Shown here one piece after another: positions 42,065-55,339 of a DNA stretch of 64,000 bases; the stretch's first letter is position 1; each line of letters begins with the position of its first letter. The translations under genes were made by a program, and so were the position numbers. A model generated the notes under the pieces. The model ran no database searches and was not told the DNA's origin. It was given only the letters and a program-made list of their open reading frames with translations. Location: NCBI RefSeq assembly GCF_003334355.1, contig NZ_QOWP01000021.1; one strand, given 5' to 3'. This DNA comes from Escherichia coli (lineage in GTDB: Bacteria; Pseudomonadota; Gammaproteobacteria; Enterobacterales; Enterobacteriaceae).

Positions 42065-43726
42065 TTACGCTGCAAGCAGTTCTTTCGCATTCGCCAGTGT
42101 ATTACGTGTGACTTCACTGCCACCAAGCAGGCGCGCCAGCTCTTGTAACCGCGCTTTTTTATTCAGGGATTGCATATGCGTTTCTGTCATCGCACCATCG
42201 GTTTCTTTGCTGACAAAATAGTGTTGATGACCACATCCCGCGACTTGTGGCAGGTGGGTAACACACATCACCTGAGTTGATTCGCCGAGTTGACGCAGCA
42301 GTTTGCCGACAACTGCCGCTGTTGGACCGCTAATCCCTACATCCACTTCATCAAAAATCAGTGCCGGGGTTTCCATTTTACGCGCCGTGATGACCTGGAT
42401 TGCCAGTGCGATGCGGGACAATTCACCACCGGATGCGACTTTGGCAATAGGCTGCATTGGCTGACCTGGGTTGGTGGTTACCCGAAACTCAATACGATCG
42501 GCACCGTCAGCGCCCAGGTGATGCTCGTCAAATTTAACATCGATCGTAAACTGCCCATGCGGCATTGAGAGCGCATGCATACTGTCGGTGATCAGCTGTG
42601 CAAGTTCTTCTGCATATTGCTGGCGTTGTTGGTGTAATGCGCGCGCGATTTCCAGTGCCTGCTGATGATGTTTCGTTACCGCCAGCGCAAGCGTTTCTTG
42701 TGAGTCGGCCTGATCGTCCAGTTGCTGCTGTTCTTCCAGTAGCGACTGGTAATACTGTGGCAATGCCTCAGGGCTGACGTGATGTTTACGTGCCAGCGAA
42801 ATCTGTTTTGAGATGCGCTGTTCAAGTTCAAATAGTCGGTTGGGATCGAGATCCAGACGATCGCAGTAGTGGCGCAGTTCATCGCTGGCTTCAGCAATCT
42901 GGATGGTAGCTTCTTCCAGCATATCAAGTACGCCGGACAGTTTGCTGTCCATGCCAATCAATTCGCTCACCAGTTGTTTAGCCGTGTAAAGCTGACTTTG
43001 CAGGTTTGCGTCTTCACCGTCGGCCATTAATGCCAATGCATTCTGGCTGGTGGTCAGCAATTGACCGCTGTTCGCCAGACGTTTGTACTCTTCGTCGATT
43101 TGTTCAAACTCTCCGGGCTGCGGATTAAATTCGTTAAGTTCTTTTAATTGGTATTGCAGCAGTTCCGCACGGGCGGCGCGTTCCTGACTTAACTGTTGAT
43201 GATGCGCGAGGTCACGGCAGCTTTGATGCCACAACTGATAACGTGCGGTCATTTCCTGCAGTAGAGAGGTTTCATTGGCATAGCCATCAAGCAGGAATTT
43301 TTGGTGCTCAGGTTTGGTGAGTAATTGATGAGCGTGCTGACCATGGATCTGAATCAGCAACTGACCCAGTTCGCGCAGTTGTGACAGAGGAACAGCTGTA
43401 CCGTTGATGAAACCACGGGAGCGACCATCGCTGCTGATCACGCGACGAAGCAAACATTCATGCCCGTCTTCAAGCTGGTTTTCTTCCAGCCAGCGCAGAG
43501 CCGCTGGCGTATCTTTCAGAGAAAAACGGGCGCACAGGTCAGCGCGAGCAGCGCCGGTACGCACCATGTCGGCTTCAGCGCGACCACCGAGACAAAGACC
43601 GAGGGCATCTATTGCAATAGATTTACCCGCGCCGGTCTCGCCAGTTATTACGGTCATGCCGCTATGAAAATCAATCTCAAGCTCACGAACGATAGCAAAG
43701 TTGCTGATGGTCAGTTGTGCCAACAT
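42065..43726 (-). CDS. recN: DNA repair protein RecN (SMC-like ATPase)
   Basis: 553-aa [45 protein letters not shown]... (Walker A). Confidence 0.95.
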
Positions 43727-43811
43727 AGTCGTTTTCCTGTATGAAAAACCATTACTGTTATTGTGTACAGTATAAACTGGTTTTATATACAGTAAAGAGG
43801 CTGGCGTAAAA

Positions 43812-44690
43812 TTAGAATAATTTTTTTGACCAGCCGAGCTTGGTGCTTAATGTGTTGAAATAACTGTAATCTTTCGGATGAATCAGATTCAGATGGTAAT
43901 CACAGCGACGAATCAGGACATCTTCACCTTCCTGAATCGGCAGTGCTATCTGGCTGTCGCAACTGATTTCCAGGTCGTTACGGCGATGCGAAAAACGCAG
44001 ACGGATCGTGCTGCTGCTGTTTATGACCAGTGGTCGTGCTGACAACGTATGCGGGAACATGGGCACCAGGGTAATCGCATCCAGAGAGGGGGTCAGAATA
44101 GGACCGCCTGCAGAGAGGGAATAGGCGGTGGAGCCTGTTGGCGTCGAAATAATTAGTCCATCAGATCGCTGAGAAAACGCAAAGATCTCGTCGATATACA
44201 CTTCGAACTCAATCATATGCGCCACTTTGCCTGGATGAAGCACCACTTCATTTATCGCGGTGCTGATGCGTTTCTGGCAATCTTGCTGACAGACTTGCGC
44301 TTCCAGCAAAAAACGTTTCTCGCTGATGTAGTGGCCTTCCAGCACATCGGCTAACTGTTGCTGGGCGTTATCGGGGTCAAGGTCAGTCAGGAAACCCAGG
44401 TTGCCACGGTTGATTCCAATAACTTTAATATCGTAACGGGCGAGTGTGCGTGCCGCGCCCAGCATATTACCGTCGCCACCAACGACTACCGCGAGATCAG
44501 CTAGTTGCCCAATCTCCGCGAGCGTGCCAGTTTTCACATTCTTCAGTTGCAGTTCGTGAGCGATTTGTTGCTCAACGATGACCTCGTAACCTTTTGTGCA
44601 CAGCCAGCGGTAGAGCATTTCATGTGTTGTCAGTGCAGTGGGGTGCCGTGGGTGTCCCACAATGCCAATACACTTGAAATGATTATTCAT
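43812..44690 (-). CDS. nadK: NAD kinase NadK (YfjB)
   Basis: 292-aa [33 protein letters not shown]... with GGDGN motif. Confidence 0.9.
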
Positions 44691-44779
44691 TTTTCCGAGG
44701 TCCTTGTTGCGAAGATTGATGACAATGTGAGTGCTTCCCTTGAAACCCTGAAACTGATCCCCATAATAAGCGAAGTTAG

Positions 44780-45406
<627 letters not shown>

Positions 45407-45428
45407 TTTCTGTTTTCGTAATAATTCA

Positions 45429-45460
45429 CGGCCCTGCATGCGAATGCAGGGCCGTTTTCG
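45429..45460. terminator. Rho-independent terminator between grpE and yfjD (convergent)
   Basis: cggccctgcat-gcga-atgcagggccg hairpin followed by ttttcg. Confidence 0.7.
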
Positions 45461-46723
45461 TTACTCCGCCACACTCTCGCGCAGCGGTTTCACAGGAAAA
45501 ACTTTTACCTGCTTAATCATATTGTCCTGTACGTCGAGAATATCTATATCGTACTCGCCAATACGCACGCGGGTGCCTGCGACAGGGATCTCTTCCAGTG
45601 CCTCAAGAATGACGCCATTAACCGTGCGGGCATCATCTTCCGGTAGATGCCAGTTAAAGGCTTTGTTGATTTCCCGCACGTTGGCGGTGCCATCGATAAT
45701 CACCGAACCGTCGTTTTGCGGCGTGACCTCTTCGGCAAGTGTTGGCGACATCGACGTAGTGAAATCGCCGACAATCTCTTCCAGAATATCTTCAACCGTC
45801 ACCAGCCCCTGAATGTCTCCATACTCGTTGACGACCAGGCCGACTTTCTTTTTGTTGCGCTGAAACTTTACCAACTGCGTGCTGAGCGGCGTACCTTCCG
45901 GCACAAAATAGATCTCGTCCGCGGCGCGCAGCATGGTTTCTTTGGTGAACTCTTTTTTCTCCGACATCAACCGCCAGGCTTCACGTACTCGCAGCATACT
46001 GATGGCGTCGTCCAGCGAATCACGGTAGAGCACGATGCGCCCGTGAGGTGAGTGGGAGAGTTGGCGCAGAATCGATTTCCAGTCATCGTTGATATCAATA
46101 CCGATAATTTCACTGCGCGGCACCATGATGTCATCAACGGTCATTTTTTCCAGATCGAGCACCGACAGCAGCATATCCTGATTGCGACGGGAAATTTGTG
46201 AGCGTGATTCGTGCACGATAGTGCGCAACTCTTCTTTGCTCAAAGAGCCGCTAACCACGATATCGGTTTTGATACCCATCATGCGCATCAGCATACGGGT
46301 GATAGCATTCAGCAACCAGACCAGCGGCATCATCAAAATTTGCAGCGGAGCCAGCAGAAAACTACTCGGATAAGCGACTTTTTCCGGGTACAGCGCGGCA
46401 ATGGTTTTCGGCAATACCTCAGCAAATACCAGTACGACAAAAGTCAGCACACCAGTCGCAATTGCCACGCCCGCATCGCCGTACAAACGCATCCCAACAA
46501 TAGTGCCGAGCGCGGAGGCAAGAATATTGACCAGGTTATTGCCGATTAACACCAGGCTTATCAGGCGGTCTGGCTTACGCAGCAATTTTTCGACGCGTTT
46601 GGCCGAGCGATTACCCTGTTTCGCCATATGTCGCAGACGATAGCGGTTGAGGGTCATCATTCCGGTTTCGGACCCGGAAAAATAGGCTGAAATGACCACC
46701 ATGATGATCAGAATAATGATCAA
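45461..46723 (-). CDS. yfjD: DUF21-CBS-CorC/HlyC family inner-membrane protein YfjD
   Basis: 420-aa ORF with N-terminal TM region, CBS-pair region and C-terminal CorC_HlyC-like domain. Confidence 0.85.
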   Translation of the reverse strand: MIIILIIMVVISAYFSGSETGMMTLNRYRLRHMAKQGNRSAKRVEKLLRKPDRLISLVLIGNNLVNILASALGTIVGMRLYGDAGVAIATGVLTFVVLVFAEVLPKTIAALYPEKVAYPSSFLLAPLQILMMPLVWLLNAITRMLMRMMGIKTDIVVSGSLSKEELRTIVHESRSQISRRNQDMLLSVLDLEKMTVDDIMVPRSEIIGIDINDDWKSILRQLSHSPHGRIVLYRDSLDDAISMLRVREAWRLMSEKKEFTKETMLRAADEIYFVPEGTPLSTQLVKFQRNKKKVGLVVNEYGDIQGLVTVEDILEEIVGDFTTSMSPTLAEEVTPQNDGSVIIDGTANVREINKAFNWHLPEDDARTVNGVILEALEEIPVAGTRVRIGEYDIDILDVQDNMIKQVKVFPVKPLRESVAE

Positions 46724-46767
46724 CGTAGTAGTAGAAATGTGTTCCAGGGGAAACTCCTTTTCTGGGT

Positions 46768-47559
46768 TTAGCTGATTAACTGCTGGACAATTCGGCTGCC
46801 GAAGTAGGCCAGTGTCAGAATTACCGCGCCCGCAACGTTAAACCAGACGACGCGGCGTCCACGCCATCCTTCATGGTAATGTCCCCACAGCAGCACAATA
46901 TAGACAAACCACGCCACGATAGAGAGCACAGCCTTGTCGATATTTTCCATGCTAAATAGGTTGTGCATGTAGAACAGGCCAGTGCAAAGCGTGAGCGTTA
47001 GCAGCACCACGCCAATCTGCGTGATGTGGAACATTTTACGCTCGATACTCATCAATGGCGGCATTTCCTGGTTAAATGCCAGCTTCTTGTTCTTCAGTTG
47101 GTAATCAATCCACGCCAGTTGCAGCGCGTACAGGGCGGCGATAATTAGCGTGGCATAGGAAAAGAGCGATAAGCCAATGTGCACCAGCATCCCAGGCGTT
47201 GCTTCCAGATGGGTGATGTATTCATTGGGCATGAAGGTCGCCAGCGCCAGGTTGATAAGCGCAAAGGCATAGACAATGGGTAGCAGCAACCAGCCACGAT
47301 TGCGAGAAGCCACAATGGTCATTACCGTACAGATCATCAAACTGACCAATGAACCAACGTTCAGCAGGCTGAGGTTTTGTCCGCTATCACCGTCGGGCAG
47401 GATGCGGGCTTCCAGAGCGATTGCGTGGCAGACCAGCGCAATGACCGCAGAAATAATAGCCATGCGCCGCCAGCCGCCGTTTTTTTGCAGCAGACCGGGA
47501 ACAATCAGCGCAAGACTGACGGAGTAGGCGACAAGCGCGAGCAGAGCAAAAACGGGCAT
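46768..47559 (-). CDS. ypjD: Cytochrome c assembly-family inner-membrane protein YpjD
   Basis: ORF track 288 aa; start set at MPVFALLALVAYSVSLAL (263 aa) from recollection; polytopic membrane protein. Confidence 0.8.
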   Translation of the reverse strand: MPVFALLALVAYSVSLALIVPGLLQKNGGWRRMAIISAVIALVCHAIALEARILPDGDSGQNLSLLNVGSLVSLMICTVMTIVASRNRGWLLLPIVYAFALINLALATFMPNEYITHLEATPGMLVHIGLSLFSYATLIIAALYALQLAWIDYQLKNKKLAFNQEMPPLMSIERKMFHITQIGVVLLTLTLCTGLFYMHNLFSMENIDKAVLSIVAWFVYIVLLWGHYHEGWRGRRVVWFNVAGAVILTLAYFGSRIVQQLIS

Positions 47560-47725
47560 AGTGATGTCGACAGTTTGAGCAATAAGAAAGAGAAGCAGTA
47601 TAGCGTCAGGTGAACGCTGCTCCAACCGTTGCATAACAACAAAGACGCCTTCATGTTATACTGCGGCAAAATACTGATGATGTGTCGCGATTGCGGCCAA
47701 CCGTTTCCACCCCAGGCGAGAGACA

Positions 47726-49087
47726 ATGTTTGATAATTTAACCGATCGTTTGTCGCGCACGCTGCGCAATATCAGTGGCCGTGGACGCCTCACTGAAGAC
47801 AACGTAAAAGATACGCTGCGCGAAGTGCGCATGGCGCTGCTGGAGGCGGACGTCGCTCTGCCGGTAGTGCGTGAGTTTATCAATCGCGTAAAAGAGAAAG
47901 CGGTTGGTCATGAAGTTAATAAGAGCCTGACGCCGGGGCAGGAGTTCGTCAAAATCGTCCGTAACGAACTGGTTGCGGCGATGGGCGAAGAGAACCAGAC
48001 CCTGAACCTGGCGGCGCAACCGCCTGCGGTCGTGCTGATGGCGGGCCTGCAAGGTGCCGGTAAAACAACCAGCGTTGGTAAACTCGGTAAGTTCCTGCGC
48101 GAGAAGCACAAGAAGAAAGTGCTGGTGGTTTCTGCCGACGTTTATCGCCCGGCGGCAATCAAACAGCTTGAGACGCTGGCAGAGCAGGTGGGCGTTGATT
48201 TCTTCCCTTCTGATGTTGGTCAGAAGCCGGTAGATATCGTTAACGCGGCGCTGAAAGAAGCCAAACTGAAATTCTACGACGTGCTGCTGGTGGATACCGC
48301 TGGTCGTCTGCACGTTGACGAAGCGATGATGGACGAGATCAAACAAGTCCATGCGTCGATTAACCCGGTTGAAACCCTGTTTGTGGTTGACGCCATGACC
48401 GGTCAGGATGCGGCCAATACGGCAAAAGCATTCAATGAAGCGTTACCGCTTACCGGCGTAGTGTTGACCAAAGTGGACGGCGATGCCCGCGGCGGTGCGG
48501 CGCTCTCTATTCGTCACATCACTGGCAAACCGATCAAGTTTCTCGGTGTTGGCGAGAAAACTGAGGCGCTGGAGCCGTTCCATCCGGACCGCATCGCGTC
48601 GCGTATTCTCGGCATGGGCGACGTACTGTCGCTGATCGAAGATATCGAAAGCAAAGTTGACCGCGCGCAGGCAGAGAAATTAGCCAGCAAGCTGAAAAAA
48701 GGCGACGGCTTCGATCTCAACGATTTTCTTGAGCAACTGCGCCAGATGAAAAATATGGGCGGCATGGCTAGCCTGATGGGCAAGCTGCCGGGCATGGGGC
48801 AGATCCCGGATAATGTTAAGTCGCAGATGGACGATAAAGTGCTGGTGCGTATGGAAGCCATCATCAACTCGATGACGATGAAAGAGCGCGCTAAGCCAGA
48901 AATCATCAAAGGTTCGCGTAAGCGTCGTATCGCTGCCGGTTGCGGTATGCAGGTGCAGGACGTTAACCGCCTTCTGAAGCAGTTCGACGACATGCAGCGC
49001 ATGATGAAGAAAATGAAGAAGGGCGGAATGGCGAAGATGATGAGAAGCATGAAGGGGATGATGCCGCCGGGATTTCCTGGTCGCTAA
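47726..49087 (+). CDS. ffh: Signal recognition particle protein Ffh
   Basis: 453-aa ORF MFDNLTDRLSRTLRNISGRGRLTEDNVKDTLREVRMALLEADV...GLQGAGKTT, Met-rich C-terminal M domain. Confidence 0.95.
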   Translation: MFDNLTDRLSRTLRNISGRGRLTEDNVKDTLREVRMALLEADVALPVVREFINRVKEKAVGHEVNKSLTPGQEFVKIVRNELVAAMGEENQTLNLAAQPPAVVLMAGLQGAGKTTSVGKLGKFLREKHKKKVLVVSADVYRPAAIKQLETLAEQVGVDFFPSDVGQKPVDIVNAALKEAKLKFYDVLLVDTAGRLHVDEAMMDEIKQVHASINPVETLFVVDAMTGQDAANTAKAFNEALPLTGVVLTKVDGDARGGAALSIRHITGKPIKFLGVGEKTEALEPFHPDRIASRILGMGDVLSLIEDIESKVDRAQAEKLASKLKKGDGFDLNDFLEQLRQMKNMGGMASLMGKLPGMGQIPDNVKSQMDDKVLVRMEAIINSMTMKERAKPEIIKGSRKRRIAAGCGMQVQDVNRLLKQFDDMQRMMKKMKKGGMAKMMRSMKGMMPPGFPGR

Positions 49088-49145
49088 ATGACCTTATGCG
49101 ACAGAGTTATTAACTGCTGATTGCATTTTCTCCAGAAATCAGTAA

Positions 49146-49472
<327 letters not shown>

Positions 49473-49490
49473 TCTGTCACGGTGGTCATG

Positions 49491-50039
49491 ATGAGCAAAC
49501 AACTCACCGCGCAAGCACCTGTTGATCCCATCGTTTTGGGAAAAATGGGTTCGTCTTACGGTATTCGTGGGTGGCTCAGAGTGTTTTCTTCCACCGAAGA
49601 CGCCGAAAGCATTTTTGACTATCAGCCCTGGTTTATCCAGAAGGCGGGTCAGTGGCAGCAAGTCCAGCTGGAAAGCTGGAAGCACCACAATCAGGACATG
49701 ATCATCAAGCTGAAAGGCGTTGACGATCGTGATGCGGCGAACCTGCTGACGAATTGTGAAATTGTCGTGGATTCATCGCAGCTGCCTCAGCTTGAAGAGG
49801 GGGACTACTACTGGAAAGACCTGATGGGCTGCCAGGTAGTAACCACTGAAGGCTACGATCTCGGTAAAGTCGTCGATATGATGGAAACCGGATCTAATGA
49901 CGTTCTCGTCATTAAGGCAAACCTGAAAGATGCGTTTGGTATCAAGGAACGTCTCGTACCGTTCCTCGATGGGCAGGTTATCAAGAAAGTCGATCTCACT
50001 ACTCGTTCAATCGAAGTAGATTGGGATCCTGGTTTTTAA
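49491..50039 (+). CDS. rimM: Ribosome maturation factor RimM
   Basis: Start at [31 protein letters not shown] (182 aa) inside ORF-track ORF 49482-50039. Confidence 0.9.
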
Positions 50040-50069
50040 ACCACCGGATAAACGGTAAAAGACGGCGCT

Positions 50070-50837
50070 ATGTGGATTGGCATAATTAGCCTGTTTCCTG
50101 AAATGTTCCGCGCAATTACCGATTACGGGGTAACTGGCCGGGCAGTTAAAAATGGCCTGCTGAGCATCCAGAGCTGGAGTCCTCGCGACTTCACGCATGA
50201 CCGGCACCGTACCGTGGACGATCGTCCTTACGGCGGCGGACCGGGGATGTTAATGATGGTGCAACCCTTGCGGGACGCCATTCATGCAGCAAAAGCCGCG
50301 GCGGGTGAAGGCGCAAAGGTGATTTATCTGTCACCACAGGGACGCAAGCTTGATCAAGCGGGCGTCAGCGAACTGGCAACGAATCAAAAATTGATTCTGG
50401 TGTGCGGTCGCTACGAAGGTATAGATGAGCGCGTGATCCAAACCGAAATTGACGAAGAATGGTCAATCGGCGATTACGTTCTCAGTGGTGGTGAGTTACC
50501 AGCAATGACGCTGATTGACTCCGTTTCCCGGTTTATTCCGGGAGTACTGGGACATGAAGCCTCGGCAACGGAAGATTCCTTTGCTGAAGGATTGCTGGAT
50601 TGCCCGCACTATACGCGGCCTGAGGTGTTAGAAGGGATGGAAGTTCCGCCAGTGTTACTGTCGGGCAACCATGCCGAGATACGTCGCTGGCGTTTGAAAC
50701 AGTCGCTGGGCCGTACCTGGCTTAGAAGACCTGAACTTCTGGAAAACCTGGCTCTGACTGAAGAGCAAGCAAGGTTGCTGGCGGAGTTCAAAACGGAACA
50801 CGCACAACAGCAACATAAACATGATGGGATGGCGTAA
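50070..50837 (+). CDS. trmD: tRNA (guanine37-N1)-methyltransferase TrmD
   Basis: 255-aa [44 protein letters not shown].... Confidence 0.95.
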
Positions 50838-50875
50838 GCCCCCGAGATATCAGTTTACCCAGGATAAGAGATTAA

Positions 50876-51226
<351 letters not shown>

Positions 51227-51254
51227 GATTTCGCTTAAGCGACATCCTGTTAAG

Positions 51255-51286
51255 AAGGGCTGGCCAATTGGCTGGCCCTTTTTTAT
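51255..51286 (+). terminator. Rho-independent terminator of the rpsP-rimM-trmD-rplS operon
   Basis: aagggctggcc-aatt-ggctggccctt hairpin followed by ttttatctg. Confidence 0.7.
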
Positions 51287-51301
51287 CTGTTTGCTGGTGT
51301 T

Positions 51302-51784
51302 TTAAGGGGTAGTAATCACCACTGCGACGCGGCGGTTCTCGGCGCGGCCCTGGGCGGTCTTGTTACTGGCTATGGGATATTTTTTTCCTAAACCCTGTGT
51401 GGTGAGATTGCTGCGTGGAATTTGTCCACCCATAGCCCATGCATCGGCCACGACATTCGCCCGTTTCAATGATAAGCCTTCGTTGTAACTGTCTTCACCA
51501 TAGTTATCGGTGTGTCCATCCATACGGGCATGTGTTAGCCCTGTCGAGGCCAATTTAGCTGCCATGGTTTGGATCTGTTGCTGGCTTTCCGGGAGCAATT
51601 TGTAGTCATTTTTTGCGAACAGAATGGCATCTGATAAGCCCAGCGACCAGTCGCCGGCGGATTCAGTAAATCCATAAGATTGCATAGCGGCGACTTGCTC
51701 AGGAGTAAACTTTCCCTGAGGGGACTGGCAGCCAGTCAGTATTAGTGAGGTGAAAACCAGGGGTGCTACCAGGTGCTTTATCAT
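51302..51784 (-). CDS. yfiB: OmpA-family outer-membrane lipoprotein YfiB
   Basis: 160-aa ORF MIKHLVAPLVFTSLILTGCQSPQ... (lipobox LTGC) with C-terminal OmpA-like peptidoglycan-binding region. Confidence 0.85.
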   Translation of the reverse strand: MIKHLVAPLVFTSLILTGCQSPQGKFTPEQVAAMQSYGFTESAGDWSLGLSDAILFAKNDYKLLPESQQQIQTMAAKLASTGLTHARMDGHTDNYGEDSYNEGLSLKRANVVADAWAMGGQIPRSNLTTQGLGKKYPIASNKTAQGRAENRRVAVVITTP

Positions 51785-51799
51785 ATCGATATATCCTTG

Positions 51800-53026
51800 T
51801 TATCTCACCAGCTTTTCGGCACGCTGGTGTTTGGCCTGATACATATTGTGATCGGCAAGCTCTTGTAATTTTTCCGCAGAGGCGTGCTCAATGGTCATCG
51901 CGTAACCAATGCTTAATGTCATGGTGGTCTGATGGCCATTATGAAGATCAAACGGGAGATTAAAGATTTGTGTCAGTGCTGAACATATCTGCTGCACTTC
52001 AGATTCCGACTGTACATCATAGAGCACCATAGCGAATTCATCGCCGCCCAGGCGGTATGCTTTATGTCGCAGCCCGCCAAATTCAGCTAACCGTTTTGCG
52101 ATTTCAATCAAGACTCTATCGCCCGTCGCATGACCCCAGGTATCATTGATGTATTTGAAATTATCGCCATCAAGAAATAGTAACGCCGACGTTTTTCGGG
52201 CATCGGAATTGTTCATCAACGTGTTGATGCCGCTACGAAACGCTGCGCGGTTAGCCAGCCCGGTTAATGGGTCATGTAGCGCGGTACGTAGAAGCTGCGC
52301 ATTTTTAGCCTGTAAACGAAGCTGCCACTCTTCCATTTCATCCAGCAGACTGTTGAAGTCGAGAGCGAAGCGGTGAAACTCAGCGATACGTTCTTCCGAA
52401 ACTCGTCGGGAAAAATTGCGGTTGGAACGCACATCATGTACGACATCGGTGATATTTTTCAGCGCTTCTACCAGGCCATTGTGCAAATGGCGGGTGAGGG
52501 TAATTGCGATGCCTGATGCCAGCAGAATACAACCGGTCAGTACGGCGAGCGAAAACCAGATAAAATGGCTGATTGAACTGTCGCGAGCGGTTAAGCGTAC
52601 TTCGCCAATGGTTTCACCATTGTGACGAATCGGCTGAATGATGGGGGCAGGGAAGAGCCAGTGGCTTATGAAATTACTGAAAGTATCGCCTGGATCCTTA
52701 CGGGTGTAATGCCAGGATGCCAGAATATTTTGCTGCTTATCACGTACTTCTGCAGTTGAAAATTGCCCTTGCTGGCCCAGCGCTGCCAGTGTTTCAGTTG
52801 CTGCAGGGCCATCGGCAAAAACGACAGCTGCTTCCAGACTGTAAGTCATTGTTGCTGCTGTCAGTGCCAGGTTTTTTTGCGCGTACTGTTTCAGGGTCAG
52901 CACCGAGGTCACGGAAAGCAGCAACCAGATCAGCATCATAGTGATAAATATGCTGGTCATACTGATGTTGCGTAATGCTCTTTTAAACGTGGGGCGCTTA
53001 TTAAGAGAATTATCGTTATCCATCAT
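51800..53026 (-). CDS. dgcN: Diguanylate cyclase DgcN (YfiN), membrane HAMP-GGDEF protein
   Basis: 408-aa ORF with TM segments and GGDEF motif ([11 protein letters not shown]). Confidence 0.85.
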
Positions 53027-53534
53027 TTTTCTTCCGTGCGAGCATTAAGACATCCGGGTTGACCTTTACACCGCTACGCGATAAGGCATCCAGGTTTACG
53101 GCAAATCTGACGTCATTATTGTGGATGATCAGACAAAAGGCGCTACCAATAATGCACTCGGTATTTTGTTCGGCAATTAATAATAACGCCTTTGACGGAT
53201 ATTGTTCGGTTAATTCCATCTGGAATGTCGGTGACTCGTTGCCAAAATAAAAACCATTGCAGCCTGAAATCATCGCCTCTTGTTGAGTGTGAATGATGAC
53301 AGGCAGATAAGGCAAAGATGTCGCGGCATTCTCTTGTAGGGCGGTACTAAAACGTGAAGATGAAAAGATACATAACTTTGGTGGCCCTGATAGCGCAGGC
53401 CAGCGGGTGTAACTGACAATACCGGAAACCATCATACGCACGTTTTTCGCAACGTCAGAAGGCTCCTGAGCGAGTATTGGTGCTCCCGTCAGCAGGAGAA
53501 TCAGAAGTAAGAACAGTCGGTGAGAAAAACGCAT
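53016..53534 (-). CDS. yfiR: Periplasmic repressor of YfiN, YfiR
   Basis: 172-aa [28 protein letters not shown]... (signal peptide); overlaps dgcN start by 11 nt. Confidence 0.85.
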
Positions 53535-53683
53535 TCAGGGATCCCCACCATCTTCGCTCGAAATGCATCGATATTTTTTCAGAATGCTCATTAAAATATC
53601 ATTTTTTCATGCGACCGTCATCAATGTGAGAAATAAAACACAATGAGTAAAATCTTATGTTTAATTTATTTGTGGGGTTTTAA

Positions 53684-54049
53684 TTAATTTAATCGTATTG
53701 TGCTGGCATTTTCATCAGCCCCTTTTTGCCATACTTCATGCAGTTGGCTGGCATTTTCAACATTGTTGCAGCTGGCAGGAAAGCTTTTACCGGAAAGTCC
53801 TCGGGCATAAGTAAAATCGGTCTGGCAAGTTTTCTTTTGTCCTTCGGCATATCCTTTAAGGTATAGACCGCGATCCGCCTGTGAATCGCTAAATGCATCG
53901 TCATCTTTTATGGCGCTGCCCGATATCGCATCTTCCATACCGACATCATACCAGTCGGTGCTGGTCAAGGTTGGCGCGTGAGTATAAGGATCAATCTGAC
54001 ATCCGCTAACCAGTAAAGCCAACAAGGGGGCGATAAACTTTTTCATCAT
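53684..54049 (-). CDS. yfiL: Lipoprotein YfiL
   Basis: Start at MMKKFIAPLLALLVSGCQ (lipobox) inside ORF-track ORF 53684-54088; about 121 aa. Confidence 0.7.
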   Translation of the reverse strand: MMKKFIAPLLALLVSGCQIDPYTHAPTLTSTDWYDVGMEDAISGSAIKDDDAFSDSQADRGLYLKGYAEGQKKTCQTDFTYARGLSGKSFPASCNNVENASQLHEVWQKGADENASTIRLN

Positions 54050-54094
54050 TTCTTTCTCCTTTTTCAAAGCATAGCGGATTGTTTTCAAAGGGAG

Positions 54095-54164
54095 TGTAAA
54101 TTTATCTATACAGAGGTAAGGGTTGAAAGCGCGACTAAATTGCCTGTGTAAATAAAAATGTACG
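54095..54164. promoter_or_regulatory. aroF promoter region with TyrR boxes
   Basis: TGTAAA-tttatc-TATACA at 54095-54112 and TGTAAA-taaaaa-TGTACG at 54147-54164, matching the TyrR box consensus TGTAAA-N6-TTTACA, upstream of aroF. Confidence 0.6.
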
Positions 54165-54258
54165 AAATATGGATTGAAAACTTTACTTTATGTGTTATCG
54201 TTACGTCATCCTCGCTGAGGATCAACTATCGCAAACGAGCATAAACAGGATCGCCATC

Positions 54259-55329
54259 ATGCAAAAAGACGCGCTGAATAACGTACATATTACCGACGAA
54301 CAGGTTTTAATGACTCCGGAACAACTGAAGGCCGCTTTTCCATTGAGCCTGCAACAAGAAGCCCAGATTGCTGACTCGCGTAAAAGCATTTCAGATATTA
54401 TCGCCGGGCGCGATCCTCGTCTGCTGGTAGTATGTGGTCCTTGTTCCATTCATGATCCGGAAACTGCTCTGGAATATGCTCGTCGATTTAAAGCCCTTGC
54501 CGCAGAGGTCAGCGATAGCCTCTATCTGGTAATGCGCGTCTATTTTGAAAAACCCCGTACCACTGTCGGCTGGAAAGGGTTAATTAACGATCCCCATATG
54601 GATGGCTCTTTTGATGTAGAAGCCGGGCTGCAGATCGCGCGTAAATTGCTGCTTGAGCTGGTGAATATGGGACTGCCACTGGCGACGGAAGCGTTAGATC
54701 CGAATAGCCCGCAATACCTGGGCGATCTGTTTAGCTGGTCAGCAATTGGTGCTCGTACAACGGAATCGCAAACTCACCGTGAAATGGCCTCCGGGCTTTC
54801 CATGCCGGTTGGTTTTAAAAACGGCACCGACGGCAGTCTGGCAACAGCAATTAACGCTATGCGCGCCGCCGCCCAGCCGCACCGTTTTGTTGGCATTAAC
54901 CAGGCAGGGCAGGTTGCGTTGCTACAAACTCAGGGGAATCCGGACGGCCATGTGATCCTGCGCGGTGGTAAAGCGCCGAACTATAGCCCTGCGGATGTTG
55001 CGCAATGTGAAAAAGAGATGGAACAGGCGGGACTGCGCCCGTCTCTGATGGTAGATTGCAGCCACGGTAATTCCAATAAAGATTATCGCCGTCAGCCTGC
55101 GGTGGCAGAATCCGTGGTTGCTCAAATCAAAGATGGCAATCGCTCAATTATTGGTCTGATGATCGAAAGTAATATCCACGAGGGCAATCAGTCTTCCGAG
55201 CAACCGCGCAGTGAAATGAAATACGGTGTATCCGTAACCGATGCCTGCATTAGCTGGGAAATGACCGATGCCTTGCTGCGTGAAATTCATCAGGATCTGA
55301 ACGGGCAGCTGACGGCTCGCGTGGCTTAA
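54259..55329 (+). CDS. aroF: DAHP synthase, Tyr-sensitive (AroF)
   Basis: Start at [29 protein letters not shown] (356 aa) inside ORF-track ORF 54190-55329. Confidence 0.95.
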   Translation: MQKDALNNVHITDEQVLMTPEQLKAAFPLSLQQEAQIADSRKSISDIIAGRDPRLLVVCGPCSIHDPETALEYARRFKALAAEVSDSLYLVMRVYFEKPRTTVGWKGLINDPHMDGSFDVEAGLQIARKLLLELVNMGLPLATEALDPNSPQYLGDLFSWSAIGARTTESQTHREMASGLSMPVGFKNGTDGSLATAINAMRAAAQPHRFVGINQAGQVALLQTQGNPDGHVILRGGKAPNYSPADVAQCEKEMEQAGLRPSLMVDCSHGNSNKDYRRQPAVAESVVAQIKDGNRSIIGLMIESNIHEGNQSSEQPRSEMKYGVSVTDACISWEMTDALLREIHQDLNGQLTARVA

Positions 55330-55339
55330 GAGGTTTATT

